Of a stretch of 64,000 nucleotides of DNA, positions 13,750 through 25,953 are shown piece by piece. Source of the DNA: Vicugna vicugna (lineage: Eukaryota); contig MU057651.1 in assembly GCA_013265495.1 (NCBI GenBank), positions 620,001 to 684,000 of the forward strand, given 5' to 3'. A model generated the notes under the pieces. The model did not search any database and was not told where the DNA came from. It saw nothing but the letters and a program-made list of their open reading frames with translations. Made by a program: the position numbers and the translations under genes. Position 1 is the first letter of the stretch; every line of letters begins with the position of its first letter.

Positions 13750-15355
13750 CTGTAATGGACGTAAATAAAGAAAGAAAAGAAAGTTAAAACAGAATGTGGG
13801 ACAACTTAGAAGGTGGGAGGAGATGAAACCAATGGGTCTGAATGGGGAGGGGGTAATCCCTTTTAAAGTGGGGCGGTTATGAAAATAGGGAGGTATTAAC
13901 TAAATCGGGGGCAGGACAGGCTACAGGACAACAGATTTAAGAAAACAGAGAAAACGACAATGTTCCAAAGTTTGGATGCTTAGTTCCACTTTTGGTCAGA
14001 TGCTTCCTCCATAAATATGCAGTAATAAGAATTACCATTCAATGACTGCAGAAGTTACTAGAAGGCAGAAACATGATTTTGGAGGGAAGAAGGATGGCAT
14101 CGTGAAAAGCTTCGGCAATCACTTGTAAGTTGTTTTTACAACTAGGTGATCACAGGTAGCCAATGGCCATGTGACGAACTTACAAATTTCAGTTCCCAAT
14201 TCTGGTGAACCATTTTCAACTCCCCATTGGAAGTGTCTGTATGGCTAAAATTCAAAGAATAGTTATATGGTAATGCTGAATTTTAACCTTTTGTCCTCAT
14301 TAAGATGATTCTGTACTTTGGAGCTTAAGTCATGGCTGCCTTAGAGAAAACTAGATTAAGGATTTCCCACACAGCCAGACTCTATGTTTGAATTTCTTAG
14401 GCATTTAGACCAGGGAAAGGAAAACCATTTCATTTCAAACCATATTATGAATAATGTCCATTTTAATGCTGCAGTTCCAAACTCCCACTTCCCAAAAAAT
14501 AAGATCAGCTATAAGGTAACAGCTTTGTCTAAATAAAAAAATAAAAATTATCTCCGACGCTACAGAAACATGCTTTGACCCAACTAGTTTGATCTGGGAT
14601 ATAGGTCTTTGATTCCTGACCTGGTTACTCCAAGCATAGTGAAAGGACACTTTTACATGCATTCATCACGCAATTTGATGCTAAAGCCTTAAGCCAAAAA
14701 TTTGAACTCAGGAGCCCATGCATGATCCCAGTTCTGATTCTAAGTGCAATTAATGGCATTTGGTTAATACTGTAATGGCCAAAGGAGTTATTAAGTGTTA
14801 CAAAACCAGGTATGCATTGCACATAACCACTAGAGCAGACATCACTGGCATGATCATTACCATAATCATTAGAATATTTGCAGTTATTTATACATTCTCA
14901 TGGCACTTCTAAACTTTTGTGATAATAGTCTTGCAATCACTAGACAGCAGGAAAAAATGCTGTTGGTGGCAAAAGAGTCTCCAGACAACTATACTTACCA
15001 TGTGACTACACTGCTGACACAATTTCTTTTTGCTTTTTTTAAGTTGAGATAAACCAGTGAATCAATGAAACCTGACACTAAAATTTGAATGTATGCCACA
15101 AAGGTACATAATCAGACAGCCACTCATTACTCCAAATTGAGGTACAAATCCCAAAAGTTAGATAGCTAATGGAGACCTAGAAGTGTGAGCATCAGAAGCA
15201 GGCACACATATCAATGCCTGACCATGTATATAATAACAACTAGATGTACATCAAGCTGGGGCGGGTGTCCAGTGTAGCCCAGGAGAATGGCAGCATGATA
15301 CAACAGGCCAAGCATTTATCTTATCATAAGAAATGATAATTGATATCACTCATAC

Positions 15356-15418
15356 CATTTTTCCCTCTGATTGACTTGAAGCGACCGTCACAGGTCTAGA
15401 GGTCTGGAAGGGGGAGTT
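15356..15418 (-). CDS. PAK3: PAK3 alternative cassette exon c (63 nt, 21 aa)
   Basis: acttcag|AAC TCC CCC...AAA ATG|gtatga encodes NSPFQTSRPVTVASSQSEGKM, the known PAK3c insert; symmetric phase 0. Confidence 0.93.
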
Positions 15419-17466
15419 CTGAAGTATTTGGGACAAAAATGGCAATATAAAGGGTAAAGATTTGTAATAGTTTAATACCGCCAAAAAATCTCACCTCCCA
15501 TCCTAATTTTAAGCTCAGCGGATGAACAAGTGTACAAGGTTTTATGGGCCAATGAGCCAAAGGGTAATCACCAAGCAATACACCAACTCAGTGTCCAAAT
15601 ATTCAAAACAACAGGTCCTTGTAAGACACCTGACTAGACAGTTCAACAAATTGCTCAAAATTCAACCTCAGCAACCTCAATGATCACATTTAGTAGTATG
15701 TCCACACCCCTCCCCGCAGGCACATGCGCGCACGCACACACACGCACTCTCAATTACTGGTACTGTGGCATTTAAGACCCAATTCTAAATCCTACCAATA
15801 AAATGACTTTTTAAAGCTTACTATCATTTGGTATTTTTAAAGTGAGTAAATATAAATCATAGGTTATGATAGTAAGATAGTAAAAAATAAAAAGGCAGAA
15901 TTTGGTATCTTTAAAAATAACGTGGGGACAAATAGAAAAGATTATCCACATGATAATAAAGTACACCTGATTTCCAAATTTAGCCTGTGTCTTATCTATA
16001 TATTCAGTGGATTTCTAACAACTGCATCCAAACACTTTATTTCAGATTAGGTTTTTGGGAGGAGGGGAAAGTTTTTTGTTTGGTTTGCATCCAACTGTTT
16101 TGCACAGTTGTAGAGACTGCCCATCACATAGCCCACCCCATCCCTCTCTTGTTGATTCTTTGGGTTCTAATTTACAGTATAGTGAAAATGGCTGGTCTAT
16201 AATCAGCAAGATGATGGTGATTCACTTTCCTTCATTTCCATTCAGAACCCATAAAGAACAAAGAAAAAGGTGAAGGTAGAGAAATTACATCAAAAGATGT
16301 CAAGCAAGTAGGAAAGAGTGGAAAAGATAGAAAATTGGAAAGGAACCAGAATGTCACATGAGAATAGTGGAGGGGAAAACTTTCACATCAGAAAACAAAA
16401 TGGAAGAAAAAAGAAAAGAGAAAACTTGGAATGACAACAATAAAACATAAAAGAAGATTAAACAGAAGAAAAGCACATAGAAAGCAAAAAGGTCAAAACT
16501 GGAAAGAGAGTTCTCAAAATAAAAAAGGGAAGAGTTTTTTAGATAAAACTTAAAATGATTAAAGTGTTTTTACTGTTTTAAATGTCAGAAAAAATCATAA
16601 TCTCTTTGTTTACAATTTTGTAAAATCTAAACTTTTTCAGGTTATAAAAAATACATATTTTTTGTTTTTGGTGGTGGTGATGATGGTGGTAGTGGTGACA
16701 GTGAGGTTGTATTTTCTAAGTGTAGCTAAGAGAATATTCTCAAACACAGCAAAGAACAAAGGCTGGGCTCAAATTCAAGGCCATTTGAATAATGTCTCTG
16801 ACTCCAATGATGAAATTGGTTAAACCAGTATCTCAGCTTAATCAGTGTCAGTACTTCTTAACGTTCTCTTCTGCTTGCTACTGAGAACATACAAATAATC
16901 TGCTCATACCACTTTACAAGGCTAAGATGTTTATTCAGTTTCCATTTCATTCGCATACTGTTTATTCCCTGAATTGAAAAAAATAATTTGTCTGTCAATT
17001 CAGAAACATGGTTTGATTCCCCAAATCAAATTAATTTGTTCCTTCTTTTTTTTTCATTTAATCTTATGACACAATCTGCTCACTAACCATCATGTTATGA
17101 AATAGGAAATTTAATTATTGAATATCTAAATTTATCTCTAGCTTAAGAACCAAGAATCAATGGTGATGGTTCTATTGAAGATTTCTTTTCCAGAATGCAT
17201 TCAAAATTACTCATTATCTCAGAATGCACATTTTGTTTGAGTTCCTTACTAGTATGAAATGGTAGTAGATCTTCCTGAGGACATGTTTCTAGCCACATCT
17301 TTTCCTTCATCCATCTAAAAGAAAGATGTCAGATCTTTAAAAAAATATATAAAATGTCATAGATCTGAGATTGTATACTATTTGAGCACAACAGATATCC
17401 AAAGAAAGATTGGACCTATAGCTATGGTCCTTCTAGAGAATTCTTATTGGTATTTATTGTGGATTG

Positions 17467-17476
17467 TGTATATATA

Positions 17477-17513
<37 letters not shown>
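17467..17513. repeat. Compound (TA)n(TG)n(TA)n microsatellite
   Basis: Seen directly. Confidence 0.9.
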
Positions 17514-17515
<2 letters not shown>

Positions 17516-18100
17516 AAAGTTAGCACAGAAACACTAAAGCATACATGATATATCCATCAATATTTCTCCTGAAACATGGGGCTTGTTGTTTGAATGCTGA
17601 CAAAATATACCTGTTAATAAGCTTAAAAATAAGCTATATTCTTGAAATCAAAGTGAAGAAAAGGTTAATTTTACAGAGTTTTTGGTTAGTTTATCTGAGT
17701 AATCCAGGTTCCAATGTAAAGCCTGAATTATTCAGATGGACTGTCTTCACTGGCCAAATTGAGGCAATGGTTCTCTGATTCACTCCATGTGATAAAGAAC
17801 AGGCTCAAGCTGAGTCTGTCTGTCAGGACTACATCTCCTGTGCCACAGTCAATTAGCATTTTCAATCAAGTTGAAGACTAATCACGAGCAGACATTTTTG
17901 TTAAGATGGACAAAATAATTTTGCTAGTACTCTTGCCACTCTCTAGTTCCATCTGTGATGGTCTAGGCAAAGTTCATCTTCCTTGAAATCCCGCAAAACA
18001 TCAAGTCTGATATTTTGGGATGTGGCAAGTCTTCCTTGAAACCTATTTTCACAAAGGAATTTGTTCATGGCTTACAAAACAAAATAAGGAGCTTACTTAC

Positions 18101-18201
18101 AGTGAATTCCCCGGTGACTGCATCAAACCCCACATGAATCGTATGTTCAAAGTCTGAAGGAAGAGAGATCTCTGGGCGTTCTTTCTCTTTCTTCTTATTG
18201 G
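18101..18201 (-). CDS. PAK3: PAK3 coding exon 2 (101 nt; basic stretch and CRIB core)
   Basis: tttag|CC AAT AAG...(T)[33 protein letters not shown]|gtaagt; CRIB motif ISxPxxFxHxxHVG; phases 1 to 0. Not in the ORF track. Confidence 0.97.
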
Positions 18202-20139
18202 CTAAAGGCAAAATGTTAACATGTATTTATTTGGATATAGTTTTGGCATCCATAAGTTGTACAATTAGGTTCATCAAAACAATTACAAAGTTGAAAGACA
18301 AATGATTCCAACATGATTTTAACAATATTTAACTCCAGAATTTATAATTTTATTTAAAAAAGCAGCTAAGAGTTCGACAAAATGGTTATGTCCAAATAAT
18401 TTACAAATTTCAAAATCCAATTCAATCAAAACTTGTAGTCAAACTAATTTATGTTCTTCACTAGTCTAATGATGTAACTAACATGTATCTAGGTATATTG
18501 AGTTTAACTGGCTTTGTTGGATCAAATACCACTTACTAATGAAGAAATTCATTTGATATCAAGTCAAGCTAAGCCTTACTGTTAAAAGGGATAGGAAAGA
18601 AAAGTGCTTAAGCTATCTGTAAAAGTGTTATGAATTGTTTCCATGTTAAACTTATAGCTAAATATCAAGTAGCTAGAACTTCTTTAATAGACTCTTGGTT
18701 TTCTTTCAATGAGAATACTATTGCAAATCAATAATGTTGCAAATCTTTCTTTATCATTAAAATGTTTTAAATCATATCTTTCCCAGCACTTTGCTAGCAA
18801 AAAAAAAAAACCCAAATTACTGCTTTTTACTGAATTAATTTTTATTTAATTCTTAGAGACCTCGAATCAATTCCTTGGTTTAGTCATTCTAGTTTGTAGC
18901 TATTTTTTCCATATCCCTATTATACTCTATCATATTAGCCACTCAAAACCACTCTCAAGTAACAGATTTTTCATAGTGACACAATTATGAATAAATATGT
19001 CCATAGTTAATAAGTCAAAAGCCTTTAAAGATATAATCACTGAAGAAATTAAGTTGGGAACTGTAATGAAATTAGACTATCTCAAGAGATCCCAGGAGGA
19101 AGTTATTGTGGAAACATTGTAAAATGGCATTTGGTAGCTTCCATAAAAGACATATCAGCAAATTTGAGCATGTATCTCTGATAAGGTGACATTTCACAGT
19201 CAAAAAAATAACACCCACTCTCCTAATACTGGGTAATTCGGCATGAACCAGTTTTACCCAAGTTGAAACCAATCAATGTTAGAATTGCCAGGGTGGCCAA
19301 TTTAGAACATTCTGGTTTAAACAGATGTTTCCTTGGCCTGAATTTCAGACAATATTTGATTAACCATAATGGATTACTGGTTTTGTGGGTTAACCAGGAT
19401 AAATTTTAAATTCAAAACGTTTTGTGTTCAAATGTCATTCTTATGACTTCTTTTCTCTTTCTACTCTCACTGCGGCATATCTCCAGCCAGAGGACAGAGA
19501 TACGGGACAGAAATACAGAAATTCAACTTGTAAGAGGATTAAGGTACAGGATTATGAAAGAAAGGTTGGGATGGGGGTTGCAGGGGAACAAGGGTCACTC
19601 AAAGCGTCTACCTGGCCATGGAACACATTTAGGACTCATTTTGAAAAGTATATATGGGCCATCTAACTTAAAATTCAGCATGGATTCTATATTTACAGTG
19701 AGCCTACTTTATTGACTTTTATTTTAACTTAACAGTGAAGATTCGAGTTTTCTGTTGGTACTTCTACTTCCTCTGCATGTTTGTGGACTGTAGCTACCAT
19801 TTATATTTGTTCAGCTACCATTTTTACTTGTTCAGAAAGGCAAACAGAACAGTCAGCTTTCTGTTCTTGCCCCTCCACTGAATGTGTCCCACCTACTCCT
19901 GTAATCGTTTTCTTATTTTTCCTCTTTCCTGATCTCCGCACCAGGTTGGACATGGCTCACCACCTCTCTCCTTCCTTGACAGTGTGAACTGATTCTCCCC
20001 CTCCCTCAGTGACCATTCTTTATTTGATTGGCATCTCTTCTTCTGTATTTCCTAGCGCAGGCTTTGGCATTCATTTCTCTTGGATGGCATCCACTACCAG
20101 ATTCTAACTTATATTGGGTAATTTCCTAATCTGTGGCTG

Positions 20140-20478
20140 GCAGGGGTAGATACAGATTTTGTGAGACCCAACACATTATGTAATTTGAGAGGAGAGCTCC
20201 CTTTAAGTGAAAACAATACAACATTGCTAGGGTGCCTCCTAGAGTCTTGGAAGAATCCCAGGCAAAGTGAGAAACTCTGAAGAAGCAGCTTTATTCATTT
20301 CATAGTAAATCTACTCCTGGCGGTTGGTAACGTTTTTGGGGTCAAAGACCACTCTGAAAAAATCTGAAGAAAGCTCTGGTACTTCTGTCTATAAAAGTGC
20401 ACTATACACGCATACACAATTTTGCATATAATTTCAAGGGTTCCAAATTCCCCTGGACGCCAGGTTGAGAACACCTAG
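20140..20478. mobile_element. Two adjacent hAT-type MITE fragments (MER53-like, then Charlie-like)
   Basis: caggggtagatacagattttgtg...ctttaag, then tttttggggtca.agacc...caattttgcatataatttcaaggg...ccaggttgagaac; a related Charlie-like copy lies at ~6325-6420. Confidence 0.5.
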
Positions 20479-21119
20479 CTTAGTCTGTATCCCTAATTAT
20501 ATCAACTTGCATTCAGGAACTCTCTTGCCAGAAAACAGGCTCCCCTTACTTCTCCATTAGTAATAGCTGCACAATTGAAGCATGTTGACTTAGATGTAAA
20601 CACTCTATTTGGGCTAAGTTATGTGAATCAGCTTAACAGTTTCTCCCTAGAAGGCCACCTGATTGCCAGTCCCTTACCAGCCTAATTATGTCATTCCCTT
20701 CACTCATGACTAATCAAAACAGAGGCGCGAAGCCCAAACTTGCTTCTCTTCCAGTGTCCATGCTCTCCCTGAAATGATCCCACTCACCACTCAGATCAGA
20801 GAAGACTTAAGGTCTTGGACACCTCTTTGGGAGGCTGTAAGCAATGAAAAGATTATGACCCTCTCTCAAATAAAAACAATATTAAAGCATAAGAAAGGTA
20901 AGGAAGCCCCAAAAGTTCATGATCCTATGATGATTAATTTAAGTCTTAAAAAAAACTACTATATATTTCAAGTCAAAATGTTCCCACATTTTGAGTGCCC
21001 TGATTTACTGGGCCTTAGGCACATGCTTTCTTTGACTATACTGGATATTTCAGCACTGGCCCAACTGCCCAAATCATCAATTTGGGAGCTTGACTCCTAC
21101 TTTAATTCTGTCTTTTAAA

Positions 21120-21250
21120 AAAATTATTATTTTTTGGCAGTGGGGGAAGGTAATCAGCTTTACTTATTTTTTAAATGGCAGTACTGGGGATTGAACCCAC
21201 GACTTCATGCATGCTAGACACGCACTCTACCACGGAGCTATACCCTAACC
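21120..21250 (-). mobile_element. tRNA-derived SINE (camelid Vic-1-like)
   Basis: Reverse complement gggtatagctccgtggtagagtgcgtgtctagcatgcatgaagtcgtgggttcaatccccagtac has A and B boxes and an A-rich tail. Confidence 0.8.
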
Positions 21251-22019
21251 TCCTATTTTGATTCTGTCTTAATCAGTCACCAAGTTCTCACTAGACTATC
21301 TCCCAAACTCATCTTGAATCCATCTTCTTCCTTTCATCTCCACAAAGCATTATCTTAGTCCAAGGCACCAGCATTTTCCACCTGGTCTTACCGCCTCCAA
21401 TTTGGCCCCCTGCAATTCATTACTCTGTGGCCAGAGTAATTTTTTTTTAAAATATACATGTCTAACTATATTCCTGCTTTTAAGATCCTTAAATGACTCC
21501 CCATTATCCATATGCTAACAGTTCATGCTCCTCAGCATGCCAGCCAAGGGCCTGCATGAGCTGCTCCCAGCTTGCCTCTCCATTGTCTATTCTTGCCATG
21601 GCCCCCACAGTTCCAGATCCATTTCATGCTCCTTCCACTGCCAGCTTTCCTCATACTGCCAAGCTTTTCCACATGCTAGACTGAGGCCTGGAAAGTCTTA
21701 CTTCTTACTGCCTGCCCCACCTCTGCTTTGTGTGGATCACTCCCATTAGCCCTTATTCTTGAAGACTCACTCTTGGGCTTCCTCTCCTTTGGCAAGTCTT
21801 TTCTCTCTTCTTTCTGCAGACAAAGCTAAATGTCCTTCTCTTCACGCTTCCATAAAACTACCCAGTGTATACTCCGAGCCTGGCCCTTATTAACACTGAA
21901 TTGTTATTTCTTCTTTACACACCTATCTCTCTAGCTAAAATTTGAGATACTTGACAGCAGAGACTGTATCTTACTCATGCCCACATTCCTCGCACCTGGT
22001 TTATGTCTGCACACATAAT

Positions 22020-22265
22020 CACTATCATTTATGGAATATTCACCATGTGCAAAATGCTTCTAAGGTTATCTCATTTAATCTCTACCGCAATCTTAAAAGG
22101 CAGGCCTTACTATTACTGTATTATTATATTTTTATTGTTTTATAGATGAGCAAAGTGAGACTCCATGAAGTTAAACCACATATCCATGATTAGACAGCTG
22201 GCAGGTGTCAGAGCCAGGATTTGAATCTAGGTCCCAACTGTATCTACAGAACCTAAGTTTTTAAG
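22020..22265 (-). mobile_element. MIR SINE
   Basis: tcatttaatctc...tagatgagcaaagtgagact...cagagccaggatttgaatctaggtc. Confidence 0.65.
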
Positions 22266-23199
22266 AGCTATACTATTTATTACTCAGTAGCATTAAAAAA
22301 AAAACTCAACAGATTTGAGCCCTAGTCTTCAGTAAATGTTTAGTGACTGAATGGAGCCTCACTGAGAACTTTTTTTCTTTCTTTTTCCTTTAAGGAATAC
22401 TAAAATGTTTGTAGCTCCCCCTGAAAATTCTGTGAGCATTGGTTGTTTATATTAAGATTCAGCTTAACCTGAATATTGGGCTCGTAAGACTCAGCCTGAT
22501 CAGCTCTCAGAGCTGAGTTGATATTTGCAGAGAGAAGAAGCACAAATGAGTATCACTTTCTAAGCACATCAACCATATTCTATTGGAATCGAGAACAAAG
22601 GCCACAAATTGCTGACTAGACCACAAACTACCAACGGTGTTTGGCCCTGGGACCCTCTGTTTGGACATAGGTTCTGGCTGTAACTCCAGGATCCAGCTTA
22701 TCTCTCCAGAGTCTCTCATCCTGACATCTTTCTCCATTCCACTCCATCTCCATCTCCAGTCATCTGTCATCTCCTATATGCCCCACTCCAATGTTCTGCA
22801 TTTCTTCTAGTGACAAGGGCTTGCTTCATTAATATCCCCTTACACCTTCAACCTCTTCATTAATTGTGCTCTTTACTTCTTGCCCTAGGTTCTCAAACTT
22901 CACTGTGCACCACTCTCATGTGGGAAACTTAAAAAGAGGAGAGAGAGAGAGACATCAAAGCCCTACTCCCAGAGATTCATATTTAGTCTGGGGTAGACTC
23001 CAGCAACTTTAATTCTTAAAGATCCTTGCGTATTTTCATTCAGCAGCTGGCATGGAGAAAATTTTAAACCCTACTATTCAATGAAGGTATCACTTCCTCA
23101 GATTCGTCCTGATGGATGCTGACCATTCTTCCTCATTCCAAGTCTTTAGGCCTGGGGGAGTAGAGAAGGGCAGAGTTTCCTCATTTTTATTTCAGATTG

Positions 23200-25953
23200 T
23201 TTGTCTAAGATCAGTACTTCTGCACTTGCCTACACACCCCTGTCTTTTGAGGTTACTGCCACTTTGTTCTCCTGGTCAAGTTCCCTAATCCACTGAGGAC
23301 TTTGGCTCCCAGTATTCCTTCCTACACTCAATGCTGCCATCTCTCTGTGAAATGTGATATACAAATGGACACCTCTTTCACACCCTTTCCTTGTACCTCC
23401 TTGACCTCTCTCAACTCTAATGGACTTCATCTACCTTCCACTTCTTCAATCCACTCCGATGGCCACCATTAAACCAGTGGTTCTCAACCAGGGCTGCTCA
23501 TCAGAAGAACATGTACAGTTTCATAAAAATCCCAACATCCTGGGCCTACCCAGAACCTACTATATCAGGATCTCTGAGGGTGAGACATGGGAAATGATTT
23601 TTTTAAGCGCCATAGATGATGTGCAGACAGAGTGGAGAACCACAGCTACCCTAGGACTTTTCATTATCCAGAACGACCTTTTCTCTGAAATAGTCTCTGA
23701 AATAGCCCTGTTATCTCTTAACAAAGGCCCAGCCCCCCATCCCACTAGTTCTCTCACTCTTTCAAGTCCTTAATTCCTATTTTACTTGTTCTTTGATTTT
23801 GACAACACCTCCAATCCCTGGATCCCTCCATTTTTAGCCAATTTCTCATCTTCCACCTGGCCTAGACTGCATGGTTCATCATTTAAACTGCTCTTAAGCC
23901 ACTGCCCTGGAAACTATGCTCTTTTGGCCTCCTCTTGCAATTCTCCTACATAATCCTTATCCTGACAGAATCCAACCATCCATGAAAACTCCACTTCCAT
24001 ACTGAGGCTGCTGAAAGTTTTGGGGGGAAAATTCACAGAGCCATGCAGATGGGTGCTGACTATACAGGTCATGGACATCAATGGGTCATCAGTAGTGCTG
24101 GGTAATAATCTTCTTGCTCCTTGCCGACTTCATTTCCCACCTCTCTTACTGAATATTCTAGAATTTCACCACTTTGCTCAAACTTCTGCTCCTCTTCTCC
24201 CTTACTTTTAGTCAGAAATCCCTTCTACTTCACTGAGAAAAATGAAGGCCATCAGTTTGGAACTCCTTTGATTCCACTTTCTCTCCCACTCTTATGAATT
24301 TATCTCCATCAGTAACATCTTCCCCCTTCACATCACATCTTATTGGAAACAGTGTCTGTCCTCCTGCCTAAAGTTTATCCCTTCACTGATGCTCTAGATC
24401 CCTGTCCCTCTAAATTCTCCAAAGGATTCTCACTCCATCAATTACCTCCTATTTCTTCTTGTATCTCCAATCTCTCCCTCTCTATGGACACTTCCTATTT
24501 GGCTTAAAAAAACATGCTGAGTTCTCTTTTTTCCTTGAAAATTCAAACTCTCTGCTACCTCTCATCCTTCTTTAGCTGCTAGAGTCTCTCAACCTTTCCT
24601 TCTGTAGCTTAAACTTCTTGAGAAGGCAATCTAGGCTTCCTTAACCCTTACTCTTCAAACCACTGCAATGAGTCTCTGAGGTCACCAACTGATCTCCTTT
24701 AATATGGCCTTTTTTCAGTCCTCAGAACCCTTGACCTCTCAAATGTCAAAGCTGACATTGCTGAGTCATGAAAGTCCTGACCTCATGAAACTAACTCCTC
24801 CCCACCTTCTTTCCTGGAGTCTGTTCCTCCATTTCTAGGTTTTCTGTAGACTCTCTAGTCTTCCCTGGGAGCTGTCCTAGGTCCTCATCTCTTCTCATCA
24901 ACACAACTCTCTTTTAGGTCACCTCATCTACTTGTATGGTTTCAATTACTATCTACCTTCGTGATCTCCGGCCCTGACCTCTCTGCTGTACCCTGACCCC
25001 ATGGAGTTAATTGCCCACTGAATACCTCTATTTGGGTGCCTCACAAGCTCCTCACTCTAAATATTTTCAAAAGAAAACTAATTCTCTACTGCCTTTCCCT
25101 ATCTAAAATAAGAAACTACAGTCCTCTTGTGTTCCCTACCTCACCTTCCTCTAGCTTCTCCTGTCACTATCCGATTTGTTGCCTAGTTCTACTAATTCTT
25201 CCTCCTAAATATTCCCTCTGCATTTTCTCTCCTAGTCTTACTAATACTAGTCCTTAGGCTAGGTCCTTTCTCACTTGCATGACTCCAACAGCCTGACTCG
25301 CCCTCTTTCATCCTCCCCTACCCCGCCCACAGCCATTCTTCTCCTTTGGCTAGAGTGGTATTTTGAAACGCAAATCTGATATTATTCCCCAGCTTCAACA
25401 TTTCCTCCTTGCCTCCAGAATCATATTCAAAGCCCTTAGCATGGCATATATAAGCCCTCCAGACACCTATCCCCAATTACTGCCGCAGATCTGTCTCCCA
25501 CTTCTCTCCCACTCACGCTCGATGCACTAGCTCTGCTGAACTACTTGTAGTTACAGTCAGAGAACCTCAACCAGTAGTGTGTCATGCCTGCTGCCCTCAT
25601 AATGCTGCTCCTTCTATATGGGATGCCACCCAGCTCTTACATAGCTGGCTCTATTCCTTCTTTAAGACTCACCTCAGTTCAGTGGTCACATCCTCCAGGA
25701 AGCCTTCCCTAACTGCCCCTCCCCTCAATCTTGAATAGATGCCTTCAGTGCCCCCTTCTCGATTGTACTTAGCATGCTAAACTCTGCTCATTGACTAACT
25801 TGTCTGTGTCCCTTACTAGGCCATCAATCAGTTCCTAAAAGGCAGGAACTGGGACTTATTCACCTCTGTACCCCAACATCTATCTAGCACAGTACCTGAT
25901 TCAATAAATATTGAATGAATAAGCAAATGAACAAATGAATGGATGAATGAATG
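23200..25953 (+). mobile_element. Long degraded L2 LINE interrupted by a MER5-like MITE (~23475-23645)
   Basis: ~2.7 kb of L2 ORF2-like C/T-rich sequence (ctcatctacttgtatggtttcaattac near the YADD region) ending in tagcacagtacctg...aataaatattgaatgaat(gaat)n. Confidence 0.7.

Noticed and set aside
21180..21246. tRNA-like sequence with A and B boxes (also ~51995-52073)
   Set aside because: Head of a tRNA-derived SINE with tail and mismatched stems, not a functional tRNA gene.
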